Both the position numbers and the translations under genes were made by a program. Below are positions 23,537-33,095 of a stretch of DNA of 64,000 nt, in pieces. The notes under the pieces are model-generated. The model saw only the letters and a list, made by a program, of their open reading frames with translations. It searched no databases and was not told where the DNA came from. Every line of letters starts with the position of its first letter. Position 1 is the stretch's first letter. The DNA is taken from contig CAWDIO010000008.1 of assembly GCA_963802385.1 (NCBI GenBank), positions 242,755 through 306,754 of the forward strand, written 5' to 3'. This stretch comes from an uncultured Acidimicrobiales bacterium. Its GTDB lineage: Bacteria > Actinomycetota > Acidimicrobiia > Acidimicrobiales > VFJN01.

Positions 23537-23990
23537 CGCCGCTCCTTGTTCGTGCCGACGTCGTTGGCGGCCGTCCCCCGAAGCATGCCCACTTTGGGGG
23601 GTGAAGTGACGTTACTCCTGTGGTTCGCGCCTCTGGCGGGGCCTCCTCCGGAGATTCGGCGGCGGCCGGCCCGGCGGCTTCACCGTTGCCGGATGGCGGG
23701 TAGTAGATGTACAGGCTCCGGATCACGTCGAGCAGCTCGGCGCCCGTCCAGCCGTCCGCGAGGTGCACGGTGATCATGCTGCCGTTGGCGTGGACCTGGG
23801 TGACCCCGCCGCTCTCGAACAGGCGGCGGGCCAGCTCGTCCACCGGCCGGTCGTCGAGGATCGCCTCGACCGAGGCGTAGCGCTCGTGGCCCATGCCGGT
23901 GAGCGAGCGGTTGATCTCGAACCGCGCCAGGCCCGGCGTGGACGACGGCTTCTCGACGACGTTGATCGGCTGTCCCATGGCGGGCGGCAT
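23533..23990 (-). CDS. Nfu_N (NifU N-terminal scaffold-like) domain protein, apparent frameshift at G6 run near 23592
   Basis: ORF from 23990 (MPPAMGQPINVVEKPSSTPGLARFEINRSLTGMGHERYAS...VHANGSMITVHLADGWTGAELLDVIRSLYIYY) has no in-frame stop; after a 1-nt shift at ttgggggg the frame ends ...NKERR with TGA overlapping the gdh ATG (ATGA). Confidence 0.6.
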
Positions 23991-24031
23991 GATATCCCTG
24001 CGGTCGTACCGCCCCCGAACCGGAGGACGCC

Positions 24032-25243
24032 GTGAGCACCGAGACCATCGAGGTCACCGGTCACATCGTGGATTCGCTGCTGCTGGCCAAGATCCTCGAC
24101 GCCATCCTCGATGCGGGCTGCGACTACGAGCTCGAGGACGTCCAGATCGGCAAGACCAGCCTCGACGCCAGCAAGGCCCGCATCGCGGTGAGCGGGGACG
24201 AGGCCGTGCTCGGTCCCCTGCTCGACGAGCTCCAGGTGCACGGGGCCAACCGCACCCACCAGCACGACGCCCACCTGGTGCCGGCCGAGCGGGACGGCGT
24301 GCTGCCCGCGGGCTTCTACTCGACCACCAACCTGGCCAGCGACGTGCGGATCGACGGCACCTGGCTGCCGGTGGACAACCCGGAGATGGACTGCGCCCTC
24401 GTCGTGGCGGGCAGCCGGGCCCACACCGCGCCCATGCACCGGGTGCGGGCGGGCGACCAGGTCGTCGTGGGCAGCGACGGCGTGCGGGTCCACGCCCCCG
24501 GCCACGCCCGGGACACCCAGCTGTTCGAGTTCATGGCGTCGGAGGTGTCCTCCGAGAAGCCCAAGGCGCTGCTGGTGGCCCGGGTGGCCGAGCGGATCCG
24601 CATCGCCCGCCGGCGGGGCGGCCGCGTGCTGGTGGTGGCGGGGCCCGCGGTGGTGCACACCGGCGGGGCCGCGGACCTGGCCCGGATGGTCTCCGAGGGC
24701 TGGGTCGACCTGCTGTTCGCGGGCAACGGCTTCGCCACCCACGACATCGAGGCCAACGTGCTCGGCACGTCGCTGGGCGTGTCGGTGTCCGAGGGCACGC
24801 CGACCGAGGGCGGCCACGCCAACCACCTGCGCGTCATCAACGAGGTGCGGCGCCACGGGTCGATCGCGGCCGCGGTGGAGGCCGGGTTCGTGACCGGCGG
24901 CGTGATGCACGCCTGCGTGCGGCGGGGCGTGCCGTTCGTGCTGGGCGGGTCCATCCGGGACGACGGCCCGCTGCCCGACGTCATCTCCGACACGGTGGCC
25001 GCCGCCGACGCGCTGCGGGCCCAGCTGGGCGGGGTGGAGGTGGCGCTGATGCTGGCGTCCACCCTGCACGCCATCGCCACCGGCAACTGCCTGCCCGCAG
25101 GGGTCGAGACCTTCTGCGTCGACATCAACCAGGCGGTGGTGACCAAGCTGGCCGACCGGGGCAGCCACCAGACGCTGGGGATCGTGACCGACGTCGGGCC
25201 CTTCGTCCGGCAGCTGGCGGACGAGCTGATGCGCCGGTCATGA
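24032..25243 (+). CDS. TIGR00300-family LOR/SDH-like protein (ornithine cyclodeaminase-type domain of ArgZ/AgrE)
   Basis: ORF 24032..25243, 403 aa, GTG start; conserved throughout (HIVDSLLLAKILD, LVVAGPAVVHTGGAADLARMV, LFAGNGFATHDIE, VPFVLGGSIRDDGPLPDVISD). Confidence 0.75.
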   Translation: MSTETIEVTGHIVDSLLLAKILDAILDAGCDYELEDVQIGKTSLDASKARIAVSGDEAVLGPLLDELQVHGANRTHQHDAHLVPAERDGVLPAGFYSTTNLASDVRIDGTWLPVDNPEMDCALVVAGSRAHTAPMHRVRAGDQVVVGSDGVRVHAPGHARDTQLFEFMASEVSSEKPKALLVARVAERIRIARRRGGRVLVVAGPAVVHTGGAADLARMVSEGWVDLLFAGNGFATHDIEANVLGTSLGVSVSEGTPTEGGHANHLRVINEVRRHGSIAAAVEAGFVTGGVMHACVRRGVPFVLGGSIRDDGPLPDVISDTVAAADALRAQLGGVEVALMLASTLHAIATGNCLPAGVETFCVDINQAVVTKLADRGSHQTLGIVTDVGPFVRQLADELMRRS

Positions 25244-26151
25244 CCGCCGGGGACCTGAGCTGGGGCCGCCGCATCCTCCTGTGCCCGCCCCGCCACTTCG
25301 GGGTGCTGTACGAGATCAACCCGTGGATGCAGCGGGAGGTGACCGTCGACGCCGAGCGGGCGGTCGCCCAGTGGGAGCACCTGGCCGCCACCCTGCGGGC
25401 CGCGGGCGCCGAGGTGGTGGAGATGGAGGCCCACCCCGAGGTGCCCGACCTGGTCTTCACGGCCAACGCCGGCCTGGTCAACGGGGACCAGTTCGTGCCC
25501 AGCCACTTCCGCCACCCGGAGCGCCAGCCCGAGACCGAGGTGAACGCGGCCTGGTTCGCCGCCGGCGGCTGGCGGGTGGACCGGCTGCCCGAGGACCTCG
25601 ACCACGAGGGCGCGGGCGACGCGCTGCCGTTCACCCCCGAGGGCGGGCGCACGGTGCTGCTGTCCGGCTACTCCTTCCGCTCGGACGCCAAGGCCGCCAC
25701 CGCCCTCGCCGACCTGCTGGGCTGCCCGGTGCGGCCGGTGCAGCTGGTCGATCCCCGGCTGTACCACCTCGACCTCACGTTCTGCCCGCTGGACGGGCGC
25801 CGGGCGCTGGTGGCCCCGCTCGGCTGGGACGCCTACGGGCGCAAGGTGGTCGAGGCCCTGGTGCCCGAGCCGCTGGTGCTGAGCGACGAGGAGGCCCTGT
25901 CGTTCTGCGCCAACTCGGTGGTGGTGGGGACCACGGTGGTGATGCCGCTGGCGCCCCCGCGGGTGGCCCGCACGCTGGAGGCCTGGGGCTTCGACGTGGT
26001 CGAGTGCCCGGTGGCCGAGTTCCTCAAGGCGGGCGGCGGCTGCCGCTGCCTCACACTGGCACTCGACGTGGTGCTGTCCGCGTCGCCTCCCGCCACGCCC
26101 ACACCGCCAGGACGATCGACACGACCCCCAGGACCAGGTGGACGACCGTGA
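25240..26151 (+). CDS. amidinotransferase/pentein-fold enzyme (arginine dihydrolase or DDAH-like)
   Basis: ATG 25240 overlaps upstream stop (ATGA); ILLCPPRHFGVLYEINPWM, HLDLTFCPL, C-terminal catalytic GGGCRCLTLAL; ORF tail after about 26090 probably extended by an indel. Confidence 0.8.
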   Translation: MTAGDLSWGRRILLCPPRHFGVLYEINPWMQREVTVDAERAVAQWEHLAATLRAAGAEVVEMEAHPEVPDLVFTANAGLVNGDQFVPSHFRHPERQPETEVNAAWFAAGGWRVDRLPEDLDHEGAGDALPFTPEGGRTVLLSGYSFRSDAKAATALADLLGCPVRPVQLVDPRLYHLDLTFCPLDGRRALVAPLGWDAYGRKVVEALVPEPLVLSDEEALSFCANSVVVGTTVVMPLAPPRVARTLEAWGFDVVECPVAEFLKAGGGCRCLTLALDVVLSASPPATPTPPGRSTRPPGPGGRP

Positions 26152-26438
26152 AGCCGAGGTCGTGGTCCGCCAACAGGATGCGGATGTCGCGCACCACCCA
26201 CACGGCCACCGTCCAGCCGGCCAGCGCCCCCACCGCCACGCACGCCGGAGCGCCGGCTGCCCCGCCACAGCGCGACGATCACGGCCGCAGCCAGCAGCGT
26301 GAAGCTGAGGGCCAGGCCGGTGCGGCCGGCCTTCTCGCCGGTGTCCAGGTCGGCGTCGCCCCAGATGTTGAAGATCCGGGTGGTCCACACGAACAGCGTC
26401 CAGCCCACCAGGGCGAGGGCGGCGGGGCGTCGGCGCAT
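26051..26438 (-). CDS. small membrane protein with two internal repeats (LxGWTxxVWxxR-I/D), apparent frameshift
   Basis: ORF 25833..26438 N-part (MRRRPAALALVGWTLFVWTTRIFNIWGDADLD...) and ORF 26051..26239 (VAVGALAGWTVAVWVVRDIRILLADHDL...); the two halves are paralogous. Confidence 0.5.
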
Positions 26439-26475
26439 GCACCGAGGCTAGGGGCGCCCCTCCCGCGGGAGCGAC

Positions 26476-26697
26476 TCAGGGCTCGGGGTCCTCGGGCCGC
26501 TCGTCCTCGGGCCGCTCGTCCTCGGGCCGCTCGTCCTCGGGCCGCTCGTCCTCGGGCGCCAGGCCCCACTGCTTGAACAGCGGGTCCGTGTCGGGGCCGG
26601 GCAGGAGGTCGTCCTCCTCGGCCTGGTGCCGGGCGGCATCGATGGTCTCGCCCAGCTCGTCCAGCTTCTCTCGCATCTGTTCCGGCGTGTCGGGCAC
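26476..26697 (-). CDS. small acidic protein with (PEDER)4 tandem repeat
   Basis: ORF 26476..26697, 73 aa, 42 nt downstream of rnhB on same strand; MPDTPEQMREKLDELGETIDAARHQAEEDD... Confidence 0.55.
   Translation of the reverse strand: MPDTPEQMREKLDELGETIDAARHQAEEDDLLPGPDTDPLFKQWGLAPEDERPEDERPEDERPEDERPEDPEP
26491..26557. repeat. 15-bp perfect tandem repeat x4.4 (ctcgggccgctcgtc)
   Basis: 26491-26505, 26506-26520, 26521-26535, 26536-26550 identical, partial copy to 26557; encodes PEDER repeats on minus strand. Confidence 0.9.
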
Positions 26698-26739
26698 GCT
26701 CCGGGTGTACCCGTACGGCCCGGCGACGAACCGATCGGC

Positions 26740-27451
26740 CTAGCAGGCCTCGGGACCGAACAGCGTGCCCTGGGGATCGGGACGCACGATCCGCGGCACG
26801 CCCGTCCACGGCAGGTTGTCCATGAACACCCAGCTCCGCCGGTGGATGGCGGAGGGCCCCATGCCCCGCAGTGCGGCCTGGTGTCGGGGGCAGGGGTAGC
26901 CCTTGTTGGCGTCGAACCACCACCAGGGATGGTGCTCGGCCTCGCCCTGCATGATGCGGTCGCGGGTCACCTTGGCCAGGATCGACGCCGCCGCGATCGA
27001 CAGGCAGCGGGAGTCGCCCCGCACCAGCCGGTCGACGATGCCGCCGCCCACGAAGTCCCACTTGCCGTCGAGCAGCACCCGATCGGGCGCCAGGCCCATG
27101 GCCTCGAGGGCCCGGCGGGCGGCCAGGCGCTGGGCCTCGCTCATGCCCAGCTCGTCGCACTCCTCGTGGCTGGCGTGGCCCACGCCCCAGACCGTGCACC
27201 AGCCGGCGATGCGGTCGAACAGGGCCTCCCGCTCCCGCGGGGTGAGCTGCTTGGAGTCGCGCACCTTGTAGACCCGCCGGTCGCGGGGCAGCACCGCGGC
27301 GCCCACGGTGAGCGGCCCGGCCCAGGCGCCCCGGCCCACCTCGTCCATGCCCACGACCACGTCGTGGCCCGCCTCCCACAGGGCGCGCTCGTAGGCCAGC
27401 GACGGGGACCGGCCCTGGAGCGCCCGGCGCAAGGGAGGGGCGGTGGCGGCC
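26740..27451 (-). CDS. rnhB: ribonuclease HII
   Basis: C-terminal 237 aa of ORF 26740..27843 from MAATAPPLRR: VVGMDEVGRGAWAGPLTVGAAVL, DSKQLTPRERE, LDGKWDF, SIAAASILAKVTRDR. Confidence 0.9.
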
Positions 27452-27593
27452 ATCGGGCCGAGGCTAACCCCCGCCGCAGGCCCGCCGAGGACAGTCGCTG
27501 AACGTGAGTGAGAATTCACCCCACGCGCGCATTGACTCGGCCGCGTAGCCGCGGAAGGATGCGCGTTGTCACCGTCCACGGGGAGGGACGACC

Positions 27594-27863
27594 ATGGCTG
27601 AGGGCGCACCGGACCGCGCGGGTGAGCATGCAGCCGAGCCGAGACGCGGCGTCGAGCTGCCGCCCGGGGCACGGGTAGAGGTCCGCAACCGGTTCGACGG
27701 CTCGTGGTCCACGGGCTTCGAGGTGGCCGAGGCGGTGCCACCGCCCGAGGGCGACGCCCCGGCGACCTACCGGGTCCGGCGGGTCGACGACCACGCCGTG
27801 CTGAACGCCACGTTCCGGCCCGACGACGTGCGCCGGGAGCCACAGCGCCGCCCGTTCTGGTGA
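27594..27863 (+). CDS. hypothetical protein (89 aa)
   Basis: ORF 27594..27863 with RBS ggggaggga 6 nt upstream; no recognisable family. Confidence 0.4.
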   Translation: MAEGAPDRAGEHAAEPRRGVELPPGARVEVRNRFDGSWSTGFEVAEAVPPPEGDAPATYRVRRVDDHAVLNATFRPDDVRREPQRRPFW

Positions 27864-27866
27864 GCC

Positions 27867-29054
27867 TCAGGGCGAGGGTTCGCCCACGTACGCGTCGGTG
27901 ACGACGGCGGCCACATCGGGCGCGCCGTAGCGCGGGCCGCCGCTGCCGGGCGCTACGTACGGGCCCAGCCGCACCACCACCGTCTCCGACCCCGGGTCGA
28001 CGGCGATGACCTGGCCGCCCAGCCCCAGGGCGAAGTACATGTCCTCGGGCGCGCCGGAAGCCAGCTGGGTGTCCTCACCGCCGCCGGTCTGGTCGAGCGT
28101 GGTGGCGCCGAGGGGGCTGAGCACCGTGCCGCGCCCGTTGAGCCACCACAGGTAGCCGTAGGCGTCGTTGATGGGCTGGGACGGCTCTCCGGTGGCCGCC
28201 GCCACCCACTCCGACGGGACGATCTGCGTGCCGTCCCACTCGCCGTCCCGCAGGAACAGGTAGCCGAAGCGGGCCATGTCCTCGCAGGTGGACTGCAGGC
28301 CCATGAACATCCGGGTGTTGCCGGCGGCGTCCATGGTCATTTGCGAGTGGTCCATCCCGATCGGTCCCAGCAGCTTGTCCTGGGCGTAGGCGGCGGCGTC
28401 GGTGCCGGTGGCCTCCTTCAGGACGACGTCGAGGGTCTGGATGGCGGCGTTGTTGTAGGCCCAGGTGGTGCCGGGCGGGGAGGTCTGGGTGAGCCCGACG
28501 GCCAGGGCGTCCATGTCGGGCGAGAACGGGAGCTGGGTGTAGTCGATCGCCGGGTCCCAGAGGCGGCCCGAGTCGTTGCTCAGCAGGTTGGCGACGGTGA
28601 CGTCCTGGGAGTCGGTGCCCGCCCACGCGTCGATGTAGTCCGAGGCCGGGTCGTCGACGTCGAGCAGGCCCTCGTCCTGGGCGATGCCGACCAGCGTGCT
28701 GGCGTAGGACTTGGTGGCCGAGAACACCTCCTGGCTGGACGTGGCGTCCTTGCCCCGCCAGTACCACTCCCCGACGATCCGGCCCTGGCGGGTGACCACC
28801 AGGCAGTTGGACCCGGCCTGCTCGGCCTGCGCCGCGATGGCGTCCAGCGCGGCCTGGTCGAAGCCCATCTCGGTGGCGTCGGCCCGCTCCCACTCGGCGC
28901 CGGGGAAGACGACCTCCTCGGCGGGCGCCTCGGTGGTGGGCGGCGCGGAGGCGGCGTCGCCGTCGTCCTGGCCCGAGGCGCCGCCCGAGCAGGCGAGGGC
29001 GGACAGGCAGGCGGCCAGCGCCACCCCGGTGCGGACGAAGCGGCGGCGACTCAT
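27867..29054 (-). CDS. serine hydrolase (beta-lactamase/transpeptidase fold) Tat-lipoprotein
   Basis: ORF 27867..29123 from MSRRRFVRTGVALAACLSALACSGG (twin-Arg + lipobox); SATKS active-site motif (SxxK), YNNAA, class-C-like core. Confidence 0.8.
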   Translation of the reverse strand: MSRRRFVRTGVALAACLSALACSGGASGQDDGDAASAPPTTEAPAEEVVFPGAEWERADATEMGFDQAALDAIAAQAEQAGSNCLVVTRQGRIVGEWYWRGKDATSSQEVFSATKSYASTLVGIAQDEGLLDVDDPASDYIDAWAGTDSQDVTVANLLSNDSGRLWDPAIDYTQLPFSPDMDALAVGLTQTSPPGTTWAYNNAAIQTLDVVLKEATGTDAAAYAQDKLLGPIGMDHSQMTMDAAGNTRMFMGLQSTCEDMARFGYLFLRDGEWDGTQIVPSEWVAAATGEPSQPINDAYGYLWWLNGRGTVLSPLGATTLDQTGGGEDTQLASGAPEDMYFALGLGGQVIAVDPGSETVVVRLGPYVAPGSGGPRYGAPDVAAVVTDAYVGEPSP

Positions 29055-29133
29055 GGGCCCGATGGTAATCGGTGCGTGACGCTGGCTGAGCGATTGAGCC
29101 AATCGTCCCGACACCTGTGCCAAACGCCGCCGG

Positions 29134-29541
29134 TCAGCCGAGCTTGGCGATGTTGGGCACCTCGTCGGCCTCGACCTCGGTGGCGAGGAAGGCGTCCACC
29201 ATCTCGTCCGCCACCGTGGGCGAGGTCAGGCGCAACCCGAGGGCGAGCACGTTGGCGTCGTTCCAGCGCCGGGCCCCCTCGGCGGTCGGCCCGTCGGTGC
29301 ACAGCGCAGCCCGCACGCCCGGGACCTTGTTGGCGGCCATGGACACGCCGGTGCCGGTCCAGCAGCACACCACGCCCCGCTCGGCGCGGCCCTCGGCCAC
29401 CGCCTCGCCGACGCCCCGGCCCACGTCGGGCCAGGGATCGCCCTCGCCCACCACCACGACCTCGTGGCCCCGGGCCGCCAACGCCTCCTTGATGTGGTCG
29501 GTCACGCTGGTCCGCTCGTCGGTGCCGAACGCGATGCGCAT
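29134..29541 (-). CDS. ribose-5-phosphate isomerase B-like (RpiB/LacA/LacB family) protein
   Basis: ORF 29134..29541; MRIAFGTDERTSVTDHIKEAL...GVVCCWTGTGVSMAANKVPGVRAALCTD... Confidence 0.8.
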   Translation of the reverse strand: MRIAFGTDERTSVTDHIKEALAARGHEVVVVGEGDPWPDVGRGVGEAVAEGRAERGVVCCWTGTGVSMAANKVPGVRAALCTDGPTAEGARRWNDANVLALGLRLTSPTVADEMVDAFLATEVEADEVPNIAKLG

Positions 29542-29582
29542 GGTGCCCAGCGTAGGACCGCGTGCAGGGGTAGACCCTGGGC

Positions 29583-30383
29583 ATGGACCAGTACCAGGTG
29601 ACCGACCCCGAGGGCTTCCGGCTGGCCGACCACGACCCGGCCGCCACCAGCGGCATCGACGGCAAGGCCGAGGGCCGGGCGGAGATCGAGCGCCTCACCG
29701 CCCGCCTGTCGGAGCTGCACGAGCGCTTCTACGCCGACGGCCGCTACGGGCTGCTGGTGGTGCTCCAGGGCATGGACACCTCGGGCAAGAGCGGCGCCAT
29801 CCGCAAGGCGTTCGAGGGCCTCGACCCCATCGGGGTGCACGTGGCCGCGTTCAAGGCCCCCAGCGAGGCCGAGCTGGCGCACGACTTCCTCTGGCGGATC
29901 CATGCCCACGCGCCGGCGGCGGGCCAGATCGCCATCTTCGACCGCAGCCACTACGAGGACGTGCTGATCGTCCGGGTCCACGGGCTCGTGCCCGAGGAGC
30001 GCTGGCGGGCCCGCTACGAGCACATCCGCAGCTTCGAGGCCATGCTGGCCGACGAGGGCACGGTGGTGCGCAAGTTCTTCCTCCACATCTCGTCGGACGA
30101 GCAGGCGCGGCGGCTGCGGGCCCGGCTGGAGGACCCGACCAAGCACTGGAAGTTCCGGCTGGCCGACCTCGCGGAGCGCAAGCGGTGGGACGACTACCAG
30201 GCGGCGTACGAGGAGGCCATCCGGCGCACCGCCACGCCCGAAGCGCCGTGGACGGTCGTGCCCGCCGACCACAAGTGGCACCGCGACCTGGTGATCTGCC
30301 GCACCATCGTCGACACCCTGGAGGGACTCGACCTGCGCTACCCGGAGCCCGAGGAGGACCTGTCCGGTGTCGTGGTGGAGTGA
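29583..30383 (+). CDS. polyphosphate kinase 2 (PPK2) family protein
   Basis: ORF 29583..30383; VLQGMDTSGKSG Walker A, DRSHYEDVLIVRVHG, lid module. Confidence 0.9.
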   Translation: MDQYQVTDPEGFRLADHDPAATSGIDGKAEGRAEIERLTARLSELHERFYADGRYGLLVVLQGMDTSGKSGAIRKAFEGLDPIGVHVAAFKAPSEAELAHDFLWRIHAHAPAAGQIAIFDRSHYEDVLIVRVHGLVPEERWRARYEHIRSFEAMLADEGTVVRKFFLHISSDEQARRLRARLEDPTKHWKFRLADLAERKRWDDYQAAYEEAIRRTATPEAPWTVVPADHKWHRDLVICRTIVDTLEGLDLRYPEPEEDLSGVVVE

Positions 30384-30386
30384 GCC

Positions 30387-30871
30387 TCAGCCGGCCTTGC
30401 CCGGCCGGCCCGGGGCCAGCAGGCTGCGGCGCCGCGCCTCCTTGACCCAGCGCTGGGCGGTGGTGACGGGGACGCCGTTGGCGTCGGCCAGGTGCGCGAC
30501 CGGGCGGTGGGTGGTGGCGGCCAGGTGGCGGTAGGCCACGGCCACCTCGGCGTAGAAGTCGTCGGCGTAGCCACGCCCGTCCTCGCGCAGGGCGGGGGTC
30601 AGGGTGGCCTCGGGCCAGGCGGCCACCGGGTCGGGGGCGCTCGGGTGGAGCTGGGCGTTGGCGGCCGCCTCGATGCGACCCACCGGGATCGAGCGCAGCA
30701 CCTCGGCCGACACCAGGCCGCCCACGTGCAGGTCGACCAGGTGGAAGCGGCCGTCCTCGCCCTCGGCCACCCGGACCCGCACCGTGGGAGGCTCCGGATC
30801 GACACCCGGCGGGACGTCCCGCCACTCGTGCCAGCCGTCGTCGAGCGCGACGAGGTGGGCGGCGGCCATGC
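30387..30871 (-). CDS. hypothetical protein with C-terminal HTH-like segment
   Basis: C-terminal 161 aa of ORF 30387..32828 from MAAAHLVALDDGW...; C-term ...HLADANGVPVTTAQRWVKEARRRSLL resembles a DNA-binding helix; divergent from flotillin gene. Confidence 0.4.
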
Positions 30872-30906
30872 CCGCCAGGTTACCCCGGGACGTGACAAGT
30901 ATCCTA

Positions 30907-30938
30907 TTGAGCGGATCTAGACGTCTGATTACGCTCAA
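30907..30938. promoter_or_regulatory. nested imperfect palindrome TTGAGCG-N5-AGACGTCT-N5-CGCTCAA upstream of flotillin gene
   Basis: lies in 109-bp divergent intergenic region, about 45 nt upstream of the flotillin ATG. Confidence 0.45.
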
Positions 30939-30980
30939 AGCGACTACAACCCACGCGCGGTGGGTTAGGAAGAGAGAGGG

Positions 30981-33020
30981 ATGTCTACGACAGTCGCCAT
31001 CGCTGCTGCGGTGGCCGTGTTTGTGGTGCTGGTGGTGGCGCTCAAGTCGGTCCACCGCATCGGACCGTCCGAGGTCGGACTGGTCAACAAGAAGCTGGGG
31101 TTCCGCAAGCTGCACGGCGACAACCCCATCGCCTTCCGGGGCGAGGCCGGCTACCAGGCCGAGCTGCTCATGCCGGGCCTGCGCTTCCGCCTGTGGCCGA
31201 TCTCCTCGGTCACTCGCCACCCGTGGGTCCAGGTGCCCGCGGGCGAGATCGGCGTGATGATCTCCCAGGTCGGCCGGCCCCTGCCCATCGGCGCCAAGAG
31301 CGCCCGCTACGACCCGTCGTTCGGCGACTTCTCGCAGCTCGACGCCTTCCTCCAGAACGGGGGCGAGAAGGGCGTCCAGCGCCCGGTGCTGCCCCCCGGC
31401 ACCCTGGTGCCGCTCCACCCGGTGGCGTTCATCGTGATCACCTCCCGCGAGGTCTTCGGCGTGCCCGTGGCCCCCGACCTGGCCGCGGCGGCCAGCGGCG
31501 GGCAGCTCACGCCCGAGTCCTTCGGCCTGTCGCCCGAGCAGCTGGGCGTCATGGTCATCGCGCCCCAGGGCGCGGACGACGTCGTCGGCCTGGTCACCAC
31601 GCTGGAGGGCCAGCCCCTCGACAAGGGGGACATCGCCTCCCGCCTGGGCGGCTTCGACGACATCACCGCCCTGGAGGGCGAGGCGGGCACCACCAACGCC
31701 CAGCTCATCGAGACGCTCATGGGCTCCAAGAACGAGCTGCACAACAACTACCAGGACTTCCAGGCCTTCCTGGACGCCAGCGGGCGCATCGGCCTGCAGC
31801 ACGACCCGCTGCTGTACGGCGCCTACCTGCTCAACCCGTTCCTGGTGCGGGTGCAGCTGGTGCCCATGCTGGTGGTCAACCAGGGCGAGGTGGCCGTCAT
31901 CAAGGGCTTCGTCGGCCTGCCCACGCTCGACACCTCCGGCGCCGAGTTCAAGTTCGGCTCGATCGTGCGCCCCGGGCACCGCGGCATCTGGGAGGAGCCG
32001 CTGCGCACCGGCAAGTACGCCATCAACCCCCGCGTCTACGCGGCGGAGATCGTGCCCACGTTCATCCTCACCCTGAACTGGGCCAACGCCGCCAGCCAGG
32101 CGCACGACCTGGACGCCCGCCTGGAGCCCATCGTGGGCAAGAGCCGGGAGGGCTTCATCTTCACCATCGACCTCCAGGTGCAGATCCACGTGTCCGACAC
32201 CAAGGCGCCCAAGGTGATCTCGATGGTGGGCACCATGCTCAACCTGGTCAACGAGGTGCTCCAGTCGGCGGTGGGCAACCACTTCCGCAACACCCTCCAG
32301 GACCTGGAGGCGGTGCGCTTCATCGAGACCCGGCGCGAGGTGCAGGGCTCGGCGTTCCACGCGGTGAGCGAGTACCTGGCCGCCTACGACGTCGAGACCC
32401 GGGGCGTCTACATCCAGGACGTGGTGTTCCCCGAGGAGCTGGTGGACGTCCTGACCCGGCGCGAGATCGCCAACCAGGAGCGCACCACCTACGTCGAGCA
32501 GGAGCGGGCCGAGACCGCCCGGGTCGAGGTCGAGAAGGCCCGGGGCACGGCCAACATGCAGGCCGACCTGGCCGCGGCCCAGGTGTCGGTCGAGATCAGC
32601 ACCAACCAGGCCCAGGCCCGCGAGGCCGCGGCCAGCGGCGACGCCGCCTACGTGCGGCTGACCGGCCAGGCCGAGGCCGACCGGACCCAGGCCATCGGCC
32701 TGGCCGAGGCCCGGGCCGCCGAGGCGCTGGGGCTGGCCAAGGCGGCCGGCTACCACGCCCAGCGCGAGGCCATCGGCGACATGGCCACCGCCCTCGTGGC
32801 CGTGGCCGGGGCGGTGGCCGACGGCCACATCGACGTCGTGCCCGACGTGCTGGTCACCGGGGGCGGCGGTGCCCTCGACGGCCTGGCCGCGGCGCTGATG
32901 AACACCCTGCGCACCGGCACGAGCAACGGGGACGCCCCTCGGGCGGTGCCGCCCCGCTCCCCCGGCTCCCGCGGCTCCGGCCGAGGTGGAGAGCGGCCCC
33001 GACGGAAGCTGAGCGCGTAG
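30981..33020 (+). CDS. flotillin-family protein (SPFH domain + flotillin A/E-rich coiled coil), YqiK/FloT-like
   Basis: ORF 30981..33020, 679 aa; N-terminal TM helix, SPFH core, then 150-aa EA-repeat region (QERAETARVEVEKARGTANMQADLAAAQVSVE...). Confidence 0.85.
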   Translation: MSTTVAIAAAVAVFVVLVVALKSVHRIGPSEVGLVNKKLGFRKLHGDNPIAFRGEAGYQAELLMPGLRFRLWPISSVTRHPWVQVPAGEIGVMISQVGRPLPIGAKSARYDPSFGDFSQLDAFLQNGGEKGVQRPVLPPGTLVPLHPVAFIVITSREVFGVPVAPDLAAAASGGQLTPESFGLSPEQLGVMVIAPQGADDVVGLVTTLEGQPLDKGDIASRLGGFDDITALEGEAGTTNAQLIETLMGSKNELHNNYQDFQAFLDASGRIGLQHDPLLYGAYLLNPFLVRVQLVPMLVVNQGEVAVIKGFVGLPTLDTSGAEFKFGSIVRPGHRGIWEEPLRTGKYAINPRVYAAEIVPTFILTLNWANAASQAHDLDARLEPIVGKSREGFIFTIDLQVQIHVSDTKAPKVISMVGTMLNLVNEVLQSAVGNHFRNTLQDLEAVRFIETRREVQGSAFHAVSEYLAAYDVETRGVYIQDVVFPEELVDVLTRREIANQERTTYVEQERAETARVEVEKARGTANMQADLAAAQVSVEISTNQAQAREAAASGDAAYVRLTGQAEADRTQAIGLAEARAAEALGLAKAAGYHAQREAIGDMATALVAVAGAVADGHIDVVPDVLVTGGGGALDGLAAALMNTLRTGTSNGDAPRAVPPRSPGSRGSGRGGERPRRKLSA

Positions 33021-33095
33021 TGCGTCAGGTGCCGAGGTGGGGAGCCACCCTGAGGCTGCCGCCCTCGGCAGCCGTGGCCCGAGCGGCCCGGCGCC

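Noticed and set aside
26491-26557. Tandem repeats as a CRISPR array
   Set aside because: Repeats are contiguous with no spacers, only 15 bp long, and lie within a coding sequence.
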